Below, piece by piece: positions 1-13,644 of a stretch of 64,000 nucleotides of DNA (its first letter is position 1; every line of letters starts with the position of its first letter). The translations under genes and the position numbers were made by a program. A model generated the notes under the pieces. It ran no database searches and was not told the DNA's origin. It was given only the letters and a program-made list of their open reading frames with translations. Origin of the DNA: Octopus bimaculoides (Eukaryota); contig NC_068982.1 of the NCBI RefSeq assembly GCF_001194135.2, forward strand, positions 164,726,726 to 164,790,725. The letters are read 5' to 3'.

Positions 1-205
1 AAGACGTTACCTTTCGGACCGCATTTATCGATATTATGTCTTTTAAAATATAGAAAATCTGCAATTCCATTCCCCTTCTTGCGACAAGGATTACAAACTG
101 GCAAGTCCTTTGCCAACTGAATTCCTATATTCTTATATGTACCCTTTCGGTGTTGGATTAATGTCTCAGAAAGCAATCTAAAATCATTACATGTTTCCGC
201 TAGGA
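1..205 (-). pseudogene. Possible decayed retroelement Gag fragment (degenerate CCHC zinc knuckle)
   Basis: Minus-strand open frame reads ...LAKDLPVCNPCRKKGNGIADF..., i.e. C-x2-C-x4-(N for H)-x4-(F for C). Each replacement is one base away from the canonical codon (aat/cat, ttt/tgt). Stops lie upstream and the frame runs off the window. Weak. Confidence 0.25.
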
Positions 206-1009
206 AATCATGTAATTATCAATATACCAGTACCGTTTCCGGTTATTCCTCCCGCTCTTCAGTACTGGACTCCTCGTCTGCTAGAGATGGCAATAGCCTC
301 TGTTCGCAATGTAAACACAACTCAAGCGATGAGGTGTCCAGTACTAACTAAAGAGAGGCAGAAATAGCCCGAACCACACTGGTATGCTGGTCCTGTGGGT
401 AGAAATTGATAGGGGTTCGTTCCCATGCTCGTAATATATCGGATGCAGCTCTGCATCGTTAACAAACTAGAGGAGATATCCTCTTGGAGTTACAAAATCG
501 CAGTGAAGTCCGTTCGAACAGAAGAGTCATATTGAAGTGGCTACGAACATTACTTGCTATGTAAATATATAGCCATCCATACATACGCAAACACACGCAA
601 ATACACACACTTACACACACACACACAAATACACATACACACTGACACACACATAAACATTGTTAATTATTTGCAAGATCCAACTGAAGCAAGATATTTT
701 GAAAATAAGAACATTATATAAGAGCCGAGAATAGCACATCTGTTTGTCAGCAATATATATAGATATTCATGCATATATTAATGTATATACAGACTTCAAT
801 ATACATGCACGTGAAGATATCTCTCTGATCGTCACCGAAATGAAGGTGTCAAAAATTATATTTGATATGAGTGAATCTTAAATGTCAAATTTTGGATTAA
901 AAGTTTAATTCACCTGAAGAAAACATTGTATTTGATGATGTAATTGATTTGTTCATCAATAAAACAACGCACCTGAAACAGCTGTTGTGAAGCTCAACCC
1001 ATCTGTGTT

Positions 1010-1845
1010 CTTGCTGTATGGTTAGAAGCTTGGCTCCGAACCGCATAGCTCTTGGTTCAGTCCATCTGCGTGACACCTTGGGATATTGTTCTCTACAATA
1101 GTCTCGGGCCGACAAAGCTTTGTAAGTAGATTGGGTCGAAGGAAATTGAAAAAAGCCCGTCATATACACACACACAAACACACACACACACACATACATA
1201 CATGCATACATACATACATACATGATGATTGCTTCATCTAGAGAGATGGTAGTCGACCCATCAACACACCCCCACACCCCATCACTCAGTACAATCCCTC
1301 CGTTGAGGAGCCCTTAGATGACTTTTAAGACCAGCTACTGACTGACAGGGTTTAAAATACAAGTGACAGATATTATTCAAGTTTCTTCTATATCTTTGCC
1401 TTTTGGCATCTGATTCTCAAGGAATGTTTTGTTTTTTTTGCACTAACATATGTCTTTTAAGTCCAGATATTGTCTTACAAGGTTTTTGACAATTGACACA
1501 AGTCGTAAGAGGTGGTTGGTGTCCAAGATAATTACCTATCCGGGCATTACGATTTTCATGTGACTTCATGTTTTACGTATCTTGCTTCTGACAACAGAAC
1601 ACGGTCACATATAATATAATTACGTATAAAGAAGCGAAACAAACCTCCCACACACACATATGTGCCTGTGTTTGTACCACATCACCGCCTAACAACCAGT
1701 GTTGGTGTGCTTACGTCTCTGTAACTTAGTGATTCGCTAAAGGAAACAGATAAAGTACTAGGCTTAAGAAATGAGTTCTGGGGTTGAGTTGACTAAAACC
1801 TTTCAAGGCAGAGGTCTAGCATGGCCACAATTGAATGACTGAAAA
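1010..1845 (+). mobile_element. SINE family A (tRNA-derived, CORE-like; resembles octopus OR2-type), split by an internal insertion
   Basis: 5' half at 1010-1165 (gctgtatggttagaagctt...ggttcagtcc...gacaccttggga...aagcccgtc). 3' half at 1661-1845 (tgtgcctgtgtttg...agtactaggcttaag...gcatggccacaattgaatgactgaaa). Both halves align by eye with the copy at 39235-43100. Confidence 0.8.
1200..1620 (-). mobile_element. Non-LTR retrotransposon 3' end (RTE-like) with two degenerate C2H2 zinc fingers and an (ATGT)n tail
   Basis: Minus-strand translation gives TTCVNCQKPCKTISGLKRHMLVQ and NICHLYFKPCQSVAGLKSHLRAP, then a stop, a short UTR (...ctagatgaagcaatcatc) and (ATGT)n. C-terminal fingers of this kind occur in RTE-clade ORFs. 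The clade call is inferred. Confidence 0.55.
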
Positions 1846-3096
1846 GTGTGCGTGTGTGTGTGTGTGTGTGTATGTTTTTTTCATATTTTATTCCACTTTT
1901 TATAAACCTATTCATGTGATGCTGCGCTCTTCTCATTTTTGCATTTCTTCATGTTTGGTATGCTCGCGCTTGTATACATTTGCATTGATATTTATGTGGA
2001 GCATTATTTGCTTTAATTCATTTCTTTGTATTCATTTTATCGGTTCTGCATTCATAATTTTACATAAATTATTTCCTGGACAATGGTATTTTATATGACG
2101 AGTGACAGGGAAAGATATGAAGAAATTGGGTTTCCACAAGTAATGTAATTTTTAGTGAGAATCGTCTTTGAAATTTGCTGCAGTATGGTATTTTTCTCTT
2201 TTACTATTTTCGGTGTTTTGTTAGTAGCAATAAATCGCAGGCTGTTGATACGATGTAGAAAATCAGGTTCTTTATTATATCATCTCTGATATGCTGAAGT
2301 AGACATTGATTGTAACCCGAATCAACATTATGGAAGCAATTGAATGAGTTGCCTAGTTGGTGTCTAGAGTAATATCAATGACCTATAATAGTTTAGAGGT
2401 ATAAAGCATGAAAATCTGAAAGACATTATGACTCATGCAATTTTCTAAAATTTGCATCACTTCTGCCGGTCGTTAACCACCAGAAATAACTATATTGAAT
2501 TATTTCTATATATCTTTATTCAACTATTATGTGTATGTACATCCTAAGATGGCATGATTAGTAACCGATGCCTGACTCGTTAGTATACGGATCTACCGCG
2601 TAGAAGGTCAATAGTTCATATAGCATCATATTAAGTTTTTCCCTTTTGTTTATGGAGATGTCAACATATTTATGGCCCTAACTTGCCAGCACGAATAATA
2701 ATTCTAAAGTAAAATAACTATCCTGCATAGTAAAGAACAGCCACAAGTTGCCTTGTTAATGATATAATACATAACGACCTTTTGCGTTAAACCAATTTGG
2801 TAACATTTTCATTTTGCATGTGATTTTGAATGAGTTGATGTTGGTCGAATTCGACAGAATGAACTAAATTATACGGCAACAGAAAATTGGTGGTGATGTA
2901 ATATCTGTTTCTAGTGCAAATGTTCCATGATAAAAGATAGGTGCAGACAGCTCATCACCAGTGCACAAAGTGACTATAAAGATATTAAGGATGTAATTAT
3001 ATATTGTGTATCGGAGATGATAAGATTATTTTATTTATTGTGAAATATATAAAATGTAGATCTCCCCCAACACACACACATACAAATATATATATC

Positions 3097-3228
<132 letters not shown>

Positions 3229-3683
3229 CAAATACATACATACACGTACACATACCTACTAATATGAAAATATACAGTAAAGACATGTAGTGGCAGCATT
3301 ATTTACATCTAGAAAGACTGCCGTGTATAAGAACAGTCGGATCAATGGCGTGAGGAATGTCGATATTGTTCGAAATGTTCTGCAGTAATACATGAGATAT
3401 CCTGGTTCTGAAAAAACTCAGTAATCTTCTGCGGGTAGCGACCCGGGTTTGAAGGCGAAGTAAATACTAACATATATTACGGAGTTATCGGTCCATAAAC
3501 TTCAAGACTGAATCTGCCTCCTTGACAAACTGTGGCACGCTGATGTGAGCCATTCTTGCTTGTGTAGTTGTTAGAAAACGATATAAAAGGAGTTGTTTCA
3601 AACATATCATCTGCTGATATAGTTCAACAATGAATGTGTTCCGTGCATCGTTGCTGTTATGGAACGACAAATGAGAATGATAT

Positions 3684-3800
3684 AATAAGTACTAGGCTTA
3701 CAAAGAGTAAGTCCTGCGGTCATTTTGCACGACTAAAAGCAGTGCTCAGCATGGCCGCAGTCAAATGACTGAAACAAGTAAAAGAATTAAAAAATAAAAG
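3684..3800 (+). mobile_element. SINE family A 3' fragment
   Basis: taagtactaggcttacaaagagtaagtcc...gcatggccgcagtcaaatgactgaaacaagtaaaaga matches the 3' ends at 1760-1845 and 42960-43090. Confidence 0.85.
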
Positions 3801-4868
3801 AACCTAATTATATATACACCCATCTTAATTTTTGCTGTAACATTTCACTATTCAACTTTGATCATATACTTGGTTCCTCCATTTGGCCGCATTTTTATGA
3901 CTTCAACTTTTTTTTTTTGTGGTCATTCATTGATGATTTTGTATTTGTTCTTTGTTTTGTCTTTAACCGTAGTTAAAAATTTGTAACAGCACTGGGTTCC
4001 CTATCCTCAATTATATTACTTATTCTTCTTAATGTCCAGTAATATATATGTTACTTCATTGTAATATTATTTCATTTGATGCTGTTCTGTGATACGTTTT
4101 ATACTTAATTTTATACAATTTCTTCATCGTTGCTGGTTATAATCTTGTAAATATAAATACTATTGTGATAATTTTAAATGTAAAGTATTCCTGAACATTT
4201 TTCTTAAGAACATTCTTGGTCGATTTATCGTTCTTTTATATTAATGCAATTATACCAGAACAAATTTTTGGACCCTCTAGTAAACGCAATATATATTGAA
4301 TACGGGAGAATACTGATGTAAGTAAATATAGTGTAATTGTTTCAAATTTCCGGCCTTTCCAATTTGGTATAACTGTTGTCATTGCTAATTAAAATAGAAT
4401 ACTGTTTTGTCATTAGTACAGGAAGAAGTTCATCACATCTGGATTGAGCGACTTCTTAGAATAATTACATATTATTATACTGTTGTTTAGCTTCCTCAGT
4501 TTTAGAATACATAGTATATTAATTCTGTTTGATAAACAAGCTGATTAGAGTAAAAAAGTAAAAACACTTTTACATATCACGGACCTACACTTGGATACTT
4601 TTCTATCCTCTGTGAAACACATGGAAATACTACAGCGAGTTATGATTGGTATAACCTGAATAGATTGATGCAAGTGAATCCTCGTGTACAACTTATCGTT
4701 TCTGTAGCCCTACATATGGTTCTAGTGTTGGTTTCCAATATAGTATCTAGTATAATAATTGCAAATTAATTTGTACTAGGCTAATTCTATCTTCAGATAG
4801 CAAAGCAATAAACTTGGTTATCACGAGGAATAAACCTCGAACCTTCTTCAATATGACCATTATTTTGT

Positions 4869-5090
4869 AAGGCAGTGTGTAGTCAGAATCGTTACCGCGC
4901 CGGTGAAAATGCTTAGCGACATTTCTTCCGACTTTATATCTTGAGTTCAAATGCCGTCGAGGCCGACCTTTTTTTATTTTCCTGTGGATGTCGATAAAAT
5001 AATGAACAGTTGTGCACTTCAGTCAATGTAAACGGCTTAAGCATGCCCCGAAACTGCTGAACTTCTACCAAAATTTGAAACCAATATTAC
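4869..5090 (+). mobile_element. SINE family B (tRNA-derived)
   Basis: cagaatcgttaccgcgccgg..aaatgcttagcg...gagttcaaatgccgtcgaggccgac...gtcgataaaata; homologous to copies at 21358, 45775, 52520 and 59435. Confidence 0.75.
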
Positions 5091-6462
5091 CAGTATCTCT
5101 GTATTCGTTGTCATTCTTCTGAATCTATCTCTTTAGCAGTAGCTTTGCTTGGGCTAATAGACCATTCTTTAGCATTTTGCATTTCTTGGATCCACATATT
5201 GTTTCTAAGAAGACGCTCTGCAGAATACTCAAGCATAGCCATAAATTAAAACCATAAAAAATTACTCAGGGTTTCTCTTCGGGGTCCAGCACTCATGATC
5301 ACACAAAGCAATACCCATTATGAACGGAGAAGTTGCTTTCTCTCAACACATTACTTAATGTCGAGGGTGTTGTAAATGCTCTTGAGGAAAAATCGTGGTT
5401 TTTAATATTCGGGGCAAATTAAATTTGAAGGCAATTGATGAAAACCCGTCATGAATTTCACCGGTATACACTATGTAACAATTTCAATTTCTCTACTCCT
5501 GAATATACACACATACAAACAAATGTGTGTGAATGCGTGTTTGTATATATACGTGTATATACATACATACATACANNNNNNNNNNNNNNNNNNNNNNNNN
5601 NNNNNNNNNNNNNNNNNNNNNNNNNNNNNNNNNNNNNNNNNNNNNNNNNNNNNNNNNNNNNNNNNNNNNNNNNNNNNNNNNNNNNNNNNNNNNNNNNNNN
5701 NNNNNNNNNNNNNNNNNNNNNNNNNNNNNNNNNNNNNNNNNNNNNNNNNNNNNNNNNNNNNNNNNNNNNNNNNNNNNNNNNNNNNNNNNNNNNNNNNNNN
5801 NNNNNNNNNNNNNNNNNNNNNNNNNNNNNNNNNNNNNNNNNNGCTCAGCCTCTAAGGCGTAGGTACATATACTGCAACTTAATACATACTTGATACAAAA
5901 ATTGTGAAAACCATGAATAAATACATCACGTATTAGTTGGAAGACAAGTGACGTTATGGAATAGTATCAAAGCTAAATTGCATTTACATACTAACTGACT
6001 TAGTTAAACCACCAATGTACCTCACAAACTATACTTACAACACGTTTTCACTTTACTTCCTGGCAATTCATAGGTACAGAGAAATATATTCAACTTCTAC
6101 ATAATTCAAAAACCATCAGCAACAAAATTTCTCTCCAAACATTATAGTTAATATCTATATCAGTAAAGCTTCTATTTTTGCTTTCCTCAAGAAAGGAAAT
6201 GAAACATTTGCTAGCAAACTAACAATATTACCAGAGTTGCATAGAATGCAGTAATGATCTGTACTCTCTCCTATTGTTTTTCACTTGTCCCTAAACAGAT
6301 ATTCCATGCCTCTATAAAGCATACGAATGGCAACATATACAGACGACATCATTCACGCCGGTCATGCACCAAACAGAACTATGTAATTTCTTCAGAATTA
6401 AGTTAATCGCAACCAAATGTGTTCCAAATGTCTGCAGACTTATAGTAACACCTAACACATAA

Positions 6463-6735
6463 TCAGTATGGTGTACTCGACGACGAGTGTTCTGGTTGAT
6501 TCGATCAGCGAAACAATATGGTTGTAAAATCAACGTGAATGTGACTGAACACTCCACAGACACACGACCCCTTAATTTAATTCTCAAGGAGATTAACTGT
6601 GACACAAGACTGGCCAATTGAACTACAGGTACAATCTATTTTTGCAAGTTGAATGGACTGGTGTGGTGTGAAATATAGTGTCTCAGGATTATATGATCGT
6701 GAGCTGAATACACTAACCACTAAATCACGCGCCTT
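6463..6735 (-). mobile_element. SINE family C (tRNA-derived), internally deleted
   Basis: Minus strand starts ggcgcgtgatttagtggttagtgtattcagctcacgatc (A-box-like head), followed by a body resembling a common octopus SINE as recalled (gagacactatatttcac...ccagtccattcaacttgcaaaaat...gtgtctgtggagtgttcagtcac...ctcgtcgtcg). Family identity is unverified. Confidence 0.65.
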
Positions 6736-9700
6736 CAAGTTAATCTATTTTCCTCTTAACACGGGACATAAATAGCTACAACATGCGAGCAAAACAAACA
6801 CACCAACATAAACACTACAAAATCAATCAGCATGCACCCCAATATACAGAAAACACAGACACATTGTACGATTCATTTGACAGTAACATCAAAATCAAGT
6901 ACGAGAAAGATCGAACATACAGCACTCTGGAATATCGCTTATGAACAATGTTATAAACAAAAAATATTTACAAACTAATCATAGCATTCAGCATGGATGC
7001 TATTTTTTACCCACACTGTCTCTGACAAGGCTACAGCACATCCATAATAGTTTGCTCAATCGGTGAGAAAGCGCAGCCAAACTTCAAATCGCACTCTATA
7101 GCCATGCATGAAAAATCGACAAAATAGACATTGGTGTACGAATAACAGTGAGGTGGCAAATGTGATGCTTTTCATCATGTATGTGCTCCATCAGGTCTGA
7201 CCTCTTGAAAATAGAGCAACATTAAACAAAACAATAACAAGAGCCGTACAGAAATAGGTTGGACAGCGGAAAAATGTATTATATAGGGTACACTAATCTA
7301 ATGGAGACTAATCCACTCTAACATACCAAAAATTATGCCATAATTCATCACGCTTGTAAAGATACTGCTGCTTGGAGCGGTTTGATATGATATATAGAAT
7401 ATGCATGCTCATATAATTTACGGCCTTAGCACTGCATACATATTATGGGAAGTGTACAAAGCTGTGTACCATTTGGCCTGTATTTGTTTACACGTCGATG
7501 CTAACACACATGTAGAAACTAATATTTTTTTCTTTCAGCCGAAAAGAATTGTGATTTAGTTATTGTTGATATAATTACATCACTTCCATAACTCAATTTT
7601 ATCATTCGCCTAATTGTCATGGAAACTTTAACACTCTAGTCCATTATCAAATTAAGAGAAATCAATTAACATTTCTCCAATATTCATTATATACAAGAAT
7701 TTTATTGGCACTAGTTTTATACCTAAGCTCTTCGTCGTTTTCTAGTATATTAGTTTTCACTTAGTTCTAAAAACACGAACTAGTGTACAAAATTAGGCTT
7801 CTATATTCTGATGGGAATTTTGTTCTACTATCACACACACATGCATATACATGCATATATATATGCATATACATGCATTTTACACACACGCGCGCGCGCA
7901 CACACACACACACACACACATGTTCACACGCTCACACATACACTCACACATACACTCGCACATACAAATATATGATGCAAGGTCAATATGTATGAGAGAA
8001 AACCAGTTGCAGATATTGTCATGAGAGTCACAAATGCTAGATTCGAAGTTCTATTTGTAGGCTCGAAAGACGCAGATTGGCTGAGTTCATCTGGTTTTGT
8101 AAACAGTATTTAATCATCAGAGTAATGAGAGCGTAGATAAATTACCTTGTGGTTTGCTTCAGCTCTCTGCGCTCTGGATTCCCATTCCCCTTTTGAGGTC
8201 GAGAAATAAACAACCTGTCCTATACAGAGCTCTGTACTTCTCTTCACTTCTTTCTTTCTTTCATTCTTCCGTTCTTTGTTTTTTTTTGTTTATTTCTTTC
8301 TTCCATTCTTTATGTTTAACACTGGAATAATCCATTTCTGTAACATGGAGAGGAATATTTTGTATCAGGTGTATACATGTCTAAAAGCCATCGCATGTCA
8401 TTACGGTCTCCCTACTACTCCATCCGGAATTCAGAATGCAATGAAGGAAGAGGGGCATAATATAGCAACACATTGATCAACATAAATATAAACAGATAAT
8501 AATGGAAATCAATTAAGATACATATATATAATACGACACATAAGTCAAACGAATTAAGGTATACACAAAGTATAAATCAAAGCAGTTAAGATGCACCATA
8601 AAATGCGAAGCACCTCTGCTTAAGTTTTTTACATATGTGCTCGAAAAAAAGGGATATCAAACTGAACTTCTCGTTTACACTAGAATAAATTCTACAGAAC
8701 AGGGATAGAAAAAGAGGACCGGGTGATTCTACCTTCTATTTATCTTGAATGTATCGTTAAGGGAACAGAAAATTTCTAGCGGTTAAAATCCGACTCATAT
8801 ATAATAAATTGCTCACTCACCAAAACATTGTCAACTTTATATAAACAAAGTAACCGGATAGAGAATATTTGCAGAATTAGCTATACGAGTAAAAAGTGAT
8901 AATTATAATGCCATTAGCTATTCAGAAATACAACTGTTTAAGCATATATATACAAATATATTGCTAGCTTAAAACACTATTTAAATATAGTGCCTACATA
9001 AATTTTAATCGCGCGTAAGAAACAAACGTACAGTATATCCAAACTTTACTTTAATATAAAAGATAAATTTCTTCACTTTTTCCTAAAATATTGACATTGT
9101 TGAATGCAAACATAACGAATGTTCAACTTTTATTAAAACAAAAGGATTAGAACACAAACTTCAAGCTCCATATATTCTCTGTTTGAGTCAGAAAAATATT
9201 TGTCCTTCTTTTGTGTAGTAATGACCTGATTCACTCTTAGGCTACTTTATTACAGTGTGTCTATTGTAATCTGTGAATATTTGTGTCTGCGTGCGCGCGT
9301 GTGCTTATGAATGTTTGTATCGTTACCTAGTAAGACACGATACATGTATTAATAATATTACCAGATTCATTTGATAAACTCACCATGATGCAAACTTAGA
9401 TGTTCAACACGTGTATTTATGGGACTCAACTTAACATAAAGTACGTATTTTAGGAAGCACATGTTGCTCATGAGAGCATTATACATGTTTGAGCGTAGTT
9501 GTATCAGTGTTTAAAGGAAGTCAACACTTATATTTTTCATCTTATTGACAGTCACGAGATTCGAATGAGATATCGTGCACAAAGTAAAATTTATTCAAAA
9601 CGCAAGCGGGAATATATACTTCTTTGTTTAGTGAGTGGGCTTGTTTGTATAAGCCAAACATTCCTTATTTGTTGCACTATATACAGAGTATTTCTAGAGT

Positions 9701-11389
9701 ATTGGCTACTGAGTTAGATATGCTTTTCAGCACAATACCAGTGATTGGTATCTTAGATATACTATAAGCATCGTTATCAGTAATGTGTGAATAATTTACT
9801 GAATAATAATGTATAAAACATGTATAATGAAACTTCGGTTTTACATACACATACATACTTGAAAGCGAAAAGATTTTTCTGTTTAAAGTTTCAATAGGTA
9901 ATGTATATTTATAAACACACATTTACGAACTTCCTTTTGTTGTATAGCGTGTAGCTTATACGAATCTGCAGAGGTTTAGGCAATTAACCCTGGTTATTAG
10001 AAAATTTAATTGCAATAACCTTTGGTCTTGCAATTACTTACTACAGTTGAACATATCCGCGCTTTAAACTTATTCACATTTAGTGACCTGCAACAAACTC
10101 CTAGATAAATTGTTCTAAAGACAATAAATGATAAATTCTATCGTATCTAATTTTCTGAGTCGATCAAATTTTCAAATAATCTGTAAAAAAAAAAACATTA
10201 TTTTATACAATACAGTAGTTTTCCTTTTAAATGATCTACTGTTTTTTTTTCTATTTTTATATTACAAGGAAATATTTCAATCGAACCGTGTAAATAGAAT
10301 CTGTAACAATTTGATGCAATTTATATTTTATTACTGATGTGTGACTTTTGCGTTTGCCCAGCGCATTAAATCAAATATTTATTATCTTTTGTCGTTACAA
10401 TACAAGGTGAACAACATTGTTGTTTGGAAACTTGATAACGCTCACAAATATAATTTGCTTAATATTTATGAGAAATTCAATTTTATCATTTTTGTTTTCG
10501 TAATCTTTGAAATATTCATATCAACATGCACATGGCAAATTACTTTAGAGTTCTATCACTATTTTCTTTTCTTCAAAGAATGAAATAAAAATATTAGGAA
10601 GATGTACATATACAGAGATCCTGATAAATAAAACAGAAAACAACATATTACAGATTTTGTCGAAGTTTTTCAGTCAATGATTTTCATTCTTATTTCCATT
10701 TTATAACAAATTGTCCATACAGTTATTGGTCGAATAATCCTGAAAATTTCAATAATTTCTGGTGACCTGGAAACAGATGATTTTATAGCTGTGCATCTTA
10801 TATTCTAAACTCAATATCACTTTAGTACTACTAAAATGAAAAAAAAAAAAAAAACTTTTAAATTTCGATTTATAATCAGTCCTCAAGCTTGCAGTATTTT
10901 ATTGAAGGATCCTTCACTAATAGCATACTAATATACTGTTACAGTAATGTATTTTTTTTATTCCTAAAGTGTATTCTTTGCTACATACAGATTTCATATT
11001 GTACTCACTGAAAATCTAATTCAGAATTCTTTAGATGTTTCCCTAATGGCATGTTAGTATATGAAATTATATTTATTTTTTGATATCAAATTTTCTTTAG
11101 AGGCAGCAAGTCAACTGATTTAATTGATGTAATTTGTATATTACTACTGAATGTTTTATCGCCCCTGAAGTGATGACAGTAAACTGTAAGCCAGCGGGCA
11201 ACGAAATCAGAACATAGACGGGAGCGACAAATTTAATTATCGGAAAATATTAAGCGTGATGAATTACGAAGTCTGCCAAATCGTTGCCTACAAAATGACT
11301 TTTATGACCTAGATTATAAAATGTATTTGAAATATCTATTAGAAATTCTTTATTAACATGAACTATTTAATTTCCTTTATTAAATATCT

Positions 11390-12458
11390 CATTCGTGCTA
11401 TTCAAATTTTATATATCTTCTGTAATGTAAGACGATATTGATTCATTTATTTCGAAAGTGCATTATATAAATATGTGTGTGTATGCGTGTGTGTCAGTGA
11501 AAGTGAGTATGTGCGTGCGTGTATGTTTGTGCGTGCGTGTGTGTGTGGGGGGGGTGTATTAAAATATATTTCAAAACCGTTGGTATAACTCTTTTTTCAT
11601 AATGTATTAAAGCACAAACTCAAATACAGAATTGCAAGCCCAAATCTAAGCAGTTTAACTTCACTTTATAAGTTAGTTTCAAACCAACTTCGCATCTTAA
11701 TTAGAAAAATAACTGTCAGGTCACTTGGAATAAAATAAATTTTAGTCAATTTATTTCTCTGAAATATTTGTAAACAGATATGATAGGCTGACGTTCGAAC
11801 AAAATTAAGGGATCTCTAATTTAAATATCGCTTGAAATGGTTCAAACACTTCATTCGCGTTTCATTACATTTCTAAACTGTTATTAAACTGTGAATTCAT
11901 GCCTACGTTCATTCATTTGCAGTTGTTCTAGTAGTGGAAACATAAAACAATAGATTGTACTAGCAGAAAAGATGCAATTGAACTAGTGAACTAAAAACAT
12001 CTAACAATGTCATTGAACTTCCTGAATACTGAGCGTTCTATCTTTCAGAACAAAATATAACCTAGTTTATAGGAAGCTACACTAGTAACGACTAAAAAGG
12101 ACTTGCTAGATTGGATCACTTTGTCACTTAGATGTTCTTGTCACCTTATCAAGAGCAGACAGAATAACATGACCGACTAATATGATAGACATGTGTACAC
12201 TTATCCTGTCAATAAATAGGACATAAATAAATAAGACCCATCTCTTCCACCTTATTACTTCGATAATGGTGTACCAACAGTTTTGAAATATGTTTTAATA
12301 CACCCACCCCCACACGCACGCACACACATACACGCACGCACATACTCACTTTCACTGACACACACACATACACATATTTATATAATGCACTTTCGAAATA
12401 AATGAATCAATATCGTCTTACATTACAGAAGATATATAAAATTTGAATAGCACGAATG
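11390..12458. repeat. Local inverted duplication, arms 11390-11585 and 12272-12458
   Basis: cattcgtgctattcaaattttatatatcttctgtaatgtaagacgatattgattc... is the reverse complement of ...gaatcaatatcgtcttacattacagaagatatataaaatttgaatagcacgaatg. Differences are concentrated in the TG-rich segment. Confidence 0.95.
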
Positions 12459-13029
12459 GTGTAAGTCGATAATGGTGTAAGTCGCATGAAAAGCTTTACC
12501 AAAAAAAAAAGGATTTTTACGCATGGTAGAGGATGGCATACAACCGTGTCTAAAATTACTGCGTACTCCAAATCAGTTTATTAACTGATCATCCAGTATG
12601 GCATAATACTTATTGTTATTGTTGAAAAGTTTCTCAACAATTTTTCGCTTGTCGGTTTACGTTTATTATCAGCATTATTCACCATAGGGCATTCTTCTAC
12701 ATTGTTCCAAAGACAGTCGATGAAGTTAAAGTGTACGAAACTTGGTCTTTAACTTTATTAAAAATTTCTTTGTCTATAGAAATATCAAGTATGCATCTAC
12801 TAGTTTAAAAGTAAATAAAAGAAAAAAATCTTCTCACTTTTGTGTTTTACTTTTCATTCTGCCGGGGAAGATCTTACTCAAAACTTTCCCTGTTATTTAT
12901 AAAAAAAGAATCTATATGTAGCTTTGAGTCTTCCTCTCGTAACCAATTTTTAAATAGGTATTTCTAGTATACGCATCCAGCGACATCTGTACCGAACATA
13001 ATGCAAAAGAGGGCATAATCTTTTCATAT

Positions 13030-13625
13030 TATCTGGCTTAGGTCGCTCAAATTGCACACGTTGATAGAATAATTCCTTTTATATGCTAAGTCATTTCTCA
13101 ATGCTACAAACTTTTTCGTTTGTGTCATCTAATCATTGTCTCCAGAGATTGTCAATCATTGCATCAAATAGATGGTAATCCGAAGGTGAAGCGTGATCCA
13201 CTGACCAGTCGAATTTGCTGATTGTCTGACTTGTTGTAAAAGCCGAGCGTACTATGGAATGTCGATAGTTTTCAGATTCTTATTGTTTTTGTTTTTTTTT
13301 TATCTCTTAATGGTTTCTCTAATGTTTATGAGTGTTTCAGTGTAACGTTCGCTGCTCACGATATAGCCACATTCAAGAGAATCAAGGAAAATAACGGTCT
13401 TCTCATACGCTGAAACAGCTATCATGGCTTAGTTTGCCGATAGTCTGTTTCTGTTCGTCATAGTTCTTGACGAAGAAGTGCAACGCCCTACCTTCGACAT
13501 AGTCTTCGTTTTCCGATCATAAATACACTCCTACGTTTCATCCTCCTGGCACCAGATCGGACCAAATGAGTCATCATGAGCTTCAAAATTCTTCCAGCAG
13601 ATTATACTAGTCCCCCACAATTTTC
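13030..13625 (-). pseudogene. mariner (DD34D-type) transposase remnant
   Basis: Minus-strand translation gives ...EDET*ECIYDRKTK...VIFLDSLECGYIVSSERYTETL... and ...ASPSDYHLFDAM..., matching the mariner motifs GDETW, VNSERY and SPDLAPSDYHLF. Contains stops and frameshifts. Confidence 0.85.
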
Positions 13626-13644
13626 TCCGTCAAATCGGTTGAAA

